A DNA stretch of 64,000 nt from Ptychomitrium polyphyllum (lineage: Eukaryota). The stretch covers positions 5,890,001 to 5,954,000 of the forward strand of contig OZ316776.1 of NCBI GenBank assembly GCA_973851085.1, in the 5' to 3' direction. This document shows, one piece after another, positions 60,501 through 64,000 of the stretch. The notes under the pieces are model-generated. The model saw nothing but the letters and a program-made list of their open reading frames with translations, was not told where the DNA came from and made no database searches. A program made the translations under genes and the position numbers. The stretch's first letter is position 1, and each line of letters begins with the position of its first letter.

Positions 60501-63500
60501 GCGCGCAGTCATGAAATACTCCAAGTTCTTGTGGTTTGTGTATATCGTAATAATATGTTGAGTTCCTTCCAATAAGTGTCGCCATTTTTCAAATGCATCC
60601 ACAATTGCAAGTAGTTCTTTATCATGTATATCATAGTTGATCTCTGCCGCTAAAAACTTCCTTGATCAGAAAACAAGAAGGTGAAGTTTCCCGTCTTCAT
60701 CATATTGAGAGGGGGTTGAGCCAAGCGCAAAATCTGAAGCATCCACTTCCAAATAGAAAGGCTTTGATGGATTTGGATGAATAAGAATTGGAGCCGACGT
60801 GAATGACTTCTTAAAATTTTGAAATGCTCTTTTTGCCTCTTCATCCCAAATGAATTTTTGCTTCCCCGTAAGACAGGTTAATGGTGCCGCAATCTTAGAA
60901 TAATTCTTGATGAATATCCTATAGAAGTTTGCAAATCCCAAGAAGAAATGAACATCTCGAATTGATCTTGGCGTATTCCACTCTATCATAGTGCTTATTT
61001 TCTTCTTATCCATATGAATTCCTCATTTAAAAATGATGTAGCCTAAAAATTCAACCGAGGATTCATGGAAAAGGCACTTCTCCAATTTGGCATATAATCC
61101 TCACTAGCGTAGTTTTTCTAAGACCAATTGCACATGACATTTGTGGTCTTATTCATCCTTTGAATATATCAGAATGTCATCTAAGTAGATGACTACAAAA
61201 TCATCCAGATGTTCATGGAAGATATCATTCATCATATGTTGAAAAACTGCGGGAGCATTAGTAAGGCCAAAAGGCATGATTTTGTATTCAAAATGACCAT
61301 AATTAGATCGAAAAGCTGTCTTCCATTCGTCTCCTTTTTTGATGCGTACAAAATCAATTTTGGTGAATATCATTGCTTAGCCAAGTTGTTGTAGAAGTCC
61401 TGAGATTAATGGTAATGGATAGCAATTCTTTTTTGTTACTTTTTTGAAGCCTCAATACTCCACGCACATACGTAATGATCCATCTTTCTTCTTTGCAAAT
61501 AGAATGGATGCTCCAGCCGGTAATTTAGAGTGTTGAATGAAACCCTTTTTGAGATTTTTATCAATATAATCTTTCAAGGCAGCCAACTCAGTTTGTGATA
61601 AGTTATAAATAGGTCCAAAAGGTGGTTGAGCTCCTTCTTGCAACTCAATGGTACAATCGTAAGGTGGGTGCTTCGGTAACATGTCCGCATTCTTCTTTTC
61701 AAAAATATCTTTATAATCTTGATATTGACAAGGTATGCTTTGATTAGTCTTTATTGTAGAGCTAAACATTGGCGTGGTATAAATGGCATAGATTGGTTCA
61801 TCCTTTGCCGCTCTCATAAATGCCTAAGCTCCAATAAATGATGGTCTAAGATTTCTTATATCTTGGCGTCTTTTCCGTAAGACCACACTCCGTGAGTGCC
61901 AGTCAATGTCTGGATTATGTAATTCAAACCAAGGAAGGCCCCAAACAATAGGATACGTTCGGCATTCAATGATGTTGAAGACAATCTTAGATGCTTGGTT
62001 TCCAAAAACAACCTCCAAGAGTTGAGTTTCTTCAATAACGTCGCCAGACGCAAGAGATCGTCCATCAATAACTTCAACAGGTGCAGGGTATTTTTTCTTC
62101 ACAAGCACCATGTGATGTTTGGTTGCAAAATGCTTGTCCATAAAACATGACGTTGCACCAGTGTCTAAGAGAGCCTCATTAATTATTTCATCATCTAACA
62201 ATTTAATTTTGATAGGAAATGTAAAACAAGAGGTAGGGCTTGAAGGTAGTAAGAGACCTTGATTTGATGGTGGTTTCCTTGTGGTGTCCAGTTGCATGGT
62301 TCCTATTGTGACTGGACAACCTTGTTATCCAATTCCACCATTGTGTTTTGAGGCTTAAAGAAAGATCTTTTGATATGGCAATCGCGCACTTTATGTCTAG
62401 ACTTGCCACAATACAAACATAGGTTTTATCTTTGATGCCTTTCTTTTTCTTCTGGAGTCAAACGTCTAAACTGGGCAATATTAATTTGCATAGGTTTTGG
62501 TCCTTGTGATCGGCTTTCCAATATTCTTGAAGAAGTGGTTGCCATACTTTGATGTACTGGTCGCCATCCCAAGCGTTTTTTTTGGTGCCTCTCAAATAGT
62601 CTATTGCAACATGCTATTGCTTCAATGATGAATTTGTCCAATGTTTTAACCCTTGGCATTGTGAATAGCAAGTCTTTTATATTCTTTTACAAGGTCCATC
62701 AGAATTGTATGACCAAGGCTTTATCATTTCAATCAAGGTCGCAAGCTAATTATCAAAACTCTGCAGCATATGTAGCAGCTGAGCGCTGTCCTTGTTAAAG
62801 ACTCTGGATTCTTGTTTCAGCCACCCTTTTTTGGTCGGTATCTCTAAAAGTAGATGTCAATGCTTTTATAAAAGCATCTAAGTTCAATAATGGTGACTGC
62901 TTCTCCATTAGAGGTGCAAACCACGATAGTGCATTGTTTGATAAAAGAGTGGCCACAAATCCCTCTTAAGTTGTGCCATCAGGATAGCGAAATTGATGCA
63001 CTCTAAGGAAGAGCCTTACTTGTTGAACAAAGCCTCTCAATTTTGATCTTGATCCATCGAATTTGTCTGGAATGCTAATCTTTGGCTTTGCATGGGTTGG
63101 ACGTAAGCCTTTCCTTTCAATATTGGCCTCTCGCAATCGAACAACCTCTTGATATAGGCTTTGAATATCACCATTGAATTCTTCAGCTTGCGGAGTATGT
63201 TGCTCCGAATTGTTGGTGGTATTAAAACGGGCGAATTCCATTCAAACTGTGTTTAATAACTGTTGAAGGTCTGCAATAGTTGCAAACCTATTCTCTGATG
63301 TTTCAGGTACGTTATTCATTTCTTAAGATTGGCAAAGACAAGAAGACTATGAGTACCTTCAAAGGTAGAGAATCCATGTCCTTTGAAAGAAGTAATACTT
63401 GGTTTTAGAAGGAGAAACCAATTCTATGGTGCCAACTTAGAGGAGGGTAATCCGCAACCTCTAAGACGCTATGGAATCCTAAAGAAGATGGATAATCCAC

Positions 63501-64000
63501 AATCTTCTTTGAAGAATCTTAGCTCTGACAAAGATAAAAAGTAGTCTTGCCAAACTGTTAGGGACACAAGAAACAAGAAGCATAAACAAAGTGTTTCCCA
63601 AGAATTAGCTTTCAAAGAGCTAATGATTAACAAGAACATGATACAAAGACTAAAACAAGGCAAGATTCAAGATGATCCACAACTTGTGTTGGCAAGACTA
63701 AGGAATACCTTGTCTTGCCTCCTATTTATACTATGACGTTTGTATCTCCTAGGATACTTCTAAAGAAGCTTCCTACAAGGCTTAAGAATGTTCTAGAAGT
63801 CTAGGGAACCTTCTCAAGAAGTTTCCTAAGATGTTGGAACCTTCCTATGAGGCTTCCAAGGAGTTGGAACCTTTCTTGGAAGTTTCCTAAAGAAGTAGAA
63901 CCTTCTTAGGAAGTTTCTTAAGATGATGGAACCTTCCTAGGAAGTTTCCTAAGGTGATGGAATCTTTGTAGGAAGTTTCCTAGGAAGTTACCTAAGATAA
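57533..64000 (-). mobile_element. Family A Ty3/gypsy chromovirus, near full length (3' LTR 57533-58182; 5' LTR from 63556, cut by window end)
   Basis: Colinear with 1521-8114; degenerate gag-pol from 63319 to 58836; the same PBS (tagtcttgccaa, 63542-63553). Confidence 0.94.

Overview
This is eukaryotic (land-plant) nuclear DNA, most consistent with a non-seed plant such as a moss; the taxon is inferred from the retrotransposon lineages, not proven. Roughly two thirds of the window is nested, degenerate LTR retrotransposons. A Tcn1/Tf1-like Ty3/gypsy chromovirus family (family A) has one full element at 1521-8114 with TSD ATAGG, a near-full element at 57533-64000+, a solo LTR with TSD and several fragments. 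There are also remnants of a related family B, a Galadriel-like chromovirus, and three Ty1/copia elements that use a half-tRNAiMet PBS and have LTRs ending in CAATA. The AT-rich middle holds a mitochondrial cob fragment (NUMT) and one intact host gene (39299-44298, +, 14 exons, about 641 aa). That gene is the main finding: an N-terminal helical domain resembling HeLo-like/4-helix-bundle domains, followed by 12 TPR units. Eleven of the TPRs are each encoded by their own exact 102-nt, phase-2/phase-2 exon, which makes a skippable and shufflable repeat cassette. Other notable signals are a Tf1-like self-priming PBS, a perfect heat-shock element and an extra 3' ORF in family A; TTAGGG repeats in copia LTRs; a ~1 kb identical inverted duplication; and chimeric copia elements. 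All calls were made by eye, with no database searches.
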